Assembly: GCA_964458975.1 (NCBI GenBank)
Contig: CAYWMW010000006.1
Span: 1 to 36,699, forward strand
Length of the DNA stretch: 36,699 nucleotides
Direction: 5' to 3'
Source of the DNA: an uncultured Lewinella sp.
GTDB lineage: Bacteria; Bacteroidota; Bacteroidia; Chitinophagales; Saprospiraceae
Both the position numbers and the translations under genes were made by a program. Shown piece after piece: positions 34,799 to 36,699 of the stretch. Every line of letters starts with the position of its first letter. Position 1 is the stretch's first letter. The notes beneath the pieces are model-generated. The model saw only the letters and a program-made list of their open reading frames with translations, made no database searches and was not told where the DNA came from.

Positions 34799-36634
34799 TT
34801 AATACTTCCAGACGTTGTTCTCCATATTGTCCTCAAACATCCGCTCGGTAGGGTTGATCATGACGGACTTAACGTCGTCCTTCGGCGCATCAACGGTGAA
34901 GATGTAGGTCGGGTAAACCCAGCCCCAATCCGCCAGTACTTTCCAGTTTTTGGCGTAGCCCGGCTGCTGCTTGGTACCGCGCATGATCTGCGGGGCGGTG
35001 TAGAACCACTGCTCGTCGCCATTTTTCATGGTCACCAGAATTTCTAGGGGCATGGGCATACGGCCGATTTTCTCCAGCTCTACTTTGGTGGTTTTGCCTT
35101 TGCCTTCTTTCACGCTCTTCACCGCATAGTCGGCGTAGTTCACGGAGTTGACGAAGTAGTCGTTGTACCAGTCAAGTTCAAAGCCAGATTCCTTTTCCGC
35201 GATGCGGATGAAATCGTTGGGGTTCGGGTGCTTGAAGGCCCAGTCGTGGAAATAGCGAAGCATGATGCGCTGGTGTACTTCTTCGCCCACAATGTAGCGC
35301 AGTTGCTCCTGGTAGACGGAGCCGTTGGTGTAGGCCGCAACACTGTAGGCGGCGTTGGTCGCGTAGTGATCGGAGTGGGTGCTGAGTGCTTCCTGGCGGC
35401 CGCTGGTGCGGAAGTTGCGCAGGCCGTTGTAGGTGCGGGCGAAAGGGTTTTCGACGGCATCGCCACCGACGAGGCCTTTCTTGCGCAGGTGGTTCATCAC
35501 CTCGGCGCTGGCCCAGCTGGTGAAGCCCTCGTCCATCCAGGGGTGCAGGGCTTCGTTGGTGCCCATCAGGTGCTGGTACCAGCTGTGCATCAGCTCGTGT
35601 ACGGATACGCCGACGAGGCTCGGGAAGCTGCGCTCTCCGGTGATGAGGGTCCCCATGGGGTACTCCATACCGCCGTCGCCACCCTGAATGAAGCTGTACT
35701 GCTCGTAGGGGTAATGGCCGTAGTGGGCGTTGATGAAGTTGAAGGCTTCGTCCATCACCTTCGGCAGGTTCTCCCAGTTGGTGCTGGTTTTTTCGCCTTC
35801 CTGATAGAAGAAGTGCATCGTCATACCGTCGGCCCGTTTCAGGCTGGTGTGGCGGTAGTTGGGGTCTGCGCCCCACATGAAGTCACCCACTTTGGGCGCT
35901 TTGAAGTGGTAGGTAATCTTTTTCTTGCGCTTATCCGGTTCGGGGCCGTAGCCGTAGCCGATTTCTTCCGGGTTTTGGAGGTAGCCGGTGCCGCCGATCA
36001 CGTAGTTGCGGTCGATGGTGATCTTCACGTCGAAGTCACTCCAGATGTGATAAAACTCGCGGCCAACGTAGGGGTCGGCGTGCCAGCCTTTGTAGTCGTA
36101 TTCGGCCATTTTGGGGTACCACTGGGCCATGCTGTATTCAATGCCTTCGGCGTTGTCGCGGCCACTGCGGCGGATCTGCAGGGGCACCTGGGCGTCCCAT
36201 TCCAGGTTGAAGGTGGTGGAGGCACCGGGCATGATGGGCTTGGCCAGTGTTACTTCCATTACGGTTCCTTCAACGGCGTAAGCCTGGGGCGTACCGTCGC
36301 GCAGGAGGGCCTTGGGCTTAATGTAGCCGATCTCGTCGTCCTTAAGTTTGCTGATGCGGTCGCCGACGCGGCGGTCGGCATCGGGGAGGGTCAGGTTGCG
36401 CACGTCCATCATGCTTCCGGGCTGGAAGGCATTGAAGTAGAGGTGGTAGAATACCTTAGTGAGGGTATCCGGGGAGTTGTTGTAGTACTTGATGGTCTGT
36501 TTGCCTTCGTACTGGTTTTTCTTGACGTTCATGTCAATTTCCATCGTGTACTCGGCCCGTTGTTGCCAACGGTCGGGCTGGGCCGCGAGGCTGATGGTGG
36601 AGGCAAGAAGGACTAAAAGGAGTAGGTTACGCAT
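34799..36634 (-). CDS. M1 family zinc aminopeptidase, exported
   Basis: Signal peptide, GGMEYP (GAMEN-like), and HELMHSW followed by WMDEG (HExxH-x18-E). Confidence 0.93.
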   Translation of the reverse strand: MRNLLLLVLLASTISLAAQPDRWQQRAEYTMEIDMNVKKNQYEGKQTIKYYNNSPDTLTKVFYHLYFNAFQPGSMMDVRNLTLPDADRRVGDRISKLKDDEIGYIKPKALLRDGTPQAYAVEGTVMEVTLAKPIMPGASTTFNLEWDAQVPLQIRRSGRDNAEGIEYSMAQWYPKMAEYDYKGWHADPYVGREFYHIWSDFDVKITIDRNYVIGGTGYLQNPEEIGYGYGPEPDKRKKKITYHFKAPKVGDFMWGADPNYRHTSLKRADGMTMHFFYQEGEKTSTNWENLPKVMDEAFNFINAHYGHYPYEQYSFIQGGDGGMEYPMGTLITGERSFPSLVGVSVHELMHSWYQHLMGTNEALHPWMDEGFTSWASAEVMNHLRKKGLVGGDAVENPFARTYNGLRNFRTSGRQEALSTHSDHYATNAAYSVAAYTNGSVYQEQLRYIVGEEVHQRIMLRYFHDWAFKHPNPNDFIRIAEKESGFELDWYNDYFVNSVNYADYAVKSVKEGKGKTTKVELEKIGRMPMPLEILVTMKNGDEQWFYTAPQIMRGTKQQPGYAKNWKVLADWGWVYPTYIFTVDAPKDDVKSVMINPTERMFEDNMENNVWKY

Positions 36635-36699
36635 ATTGGAGTAGTTGTTCTTATTGGTTGAAAAGGCGTTTTGGGGTGGGAATGTTTTGAGTCTGGAGT

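Noticed and set aside
35228-36616. 462-aa + strand ORF
   Set aside because: Antisense shadow of the M1 peptidase caused by codon bias; no recognisable motif.

Overview
A 36.7 kb chromosomal window from a Bacteroidota bacterium, most likely Saprospirales (Lewinella/Neolewinella-like). The taxonomy is inferred from the fused ccoNO, a T9SS C-terminal domain, TAnnTTTG-type promoters and fairly high GC. The left half holds mixed genes: a partial FN3-associated lipoprotein, an NHL beta-propeller, an OpgC-like acyltransferase, an omega-amidase, an ECF sigma factor, an MFS transporter, a Pif1-like helicase with an HRDC domain, two orphan proteins, a double-AAA SpoVK/CbbX-like ATPase, a lipoprotein and an EEP hydrolase. 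The right half is a microaerobic respiration locus on the minus strand: hemN, ccoI, ccoS, ccoNO, ccoQ, ccoP, ccoG, ccoH, a DsbD_2 protein, a CBS protein, a small membrane protein, a FixL-like heme-PAS kinase and a REC-CRP/FNR regulator. It is followed by a GT4, an orphan T9SS-CTD fragment and an M1 aminopeptidase. The most unusual signal is a dispersed DNA word, GCACCTGCGGCCGCGCC, present as 7 exact copies plus 2 variants. It occurs on both strands, between genes, as an inverted pair, and inside four genes in four different reading frames, which resembles a DNA-uptake sequence or a gene-invading micro-repeat. Also notable are phased triple TGA-N6-TCA boxes at a fixed promoter distance, a Tat signal that lacks a canonical start codon, several MITE/REP-like elements and a G-U-biased long hairpin. 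I saw no rRNA, tRNA, CRISPR array or transposase. All product calls come from motif recognition, not database searches.
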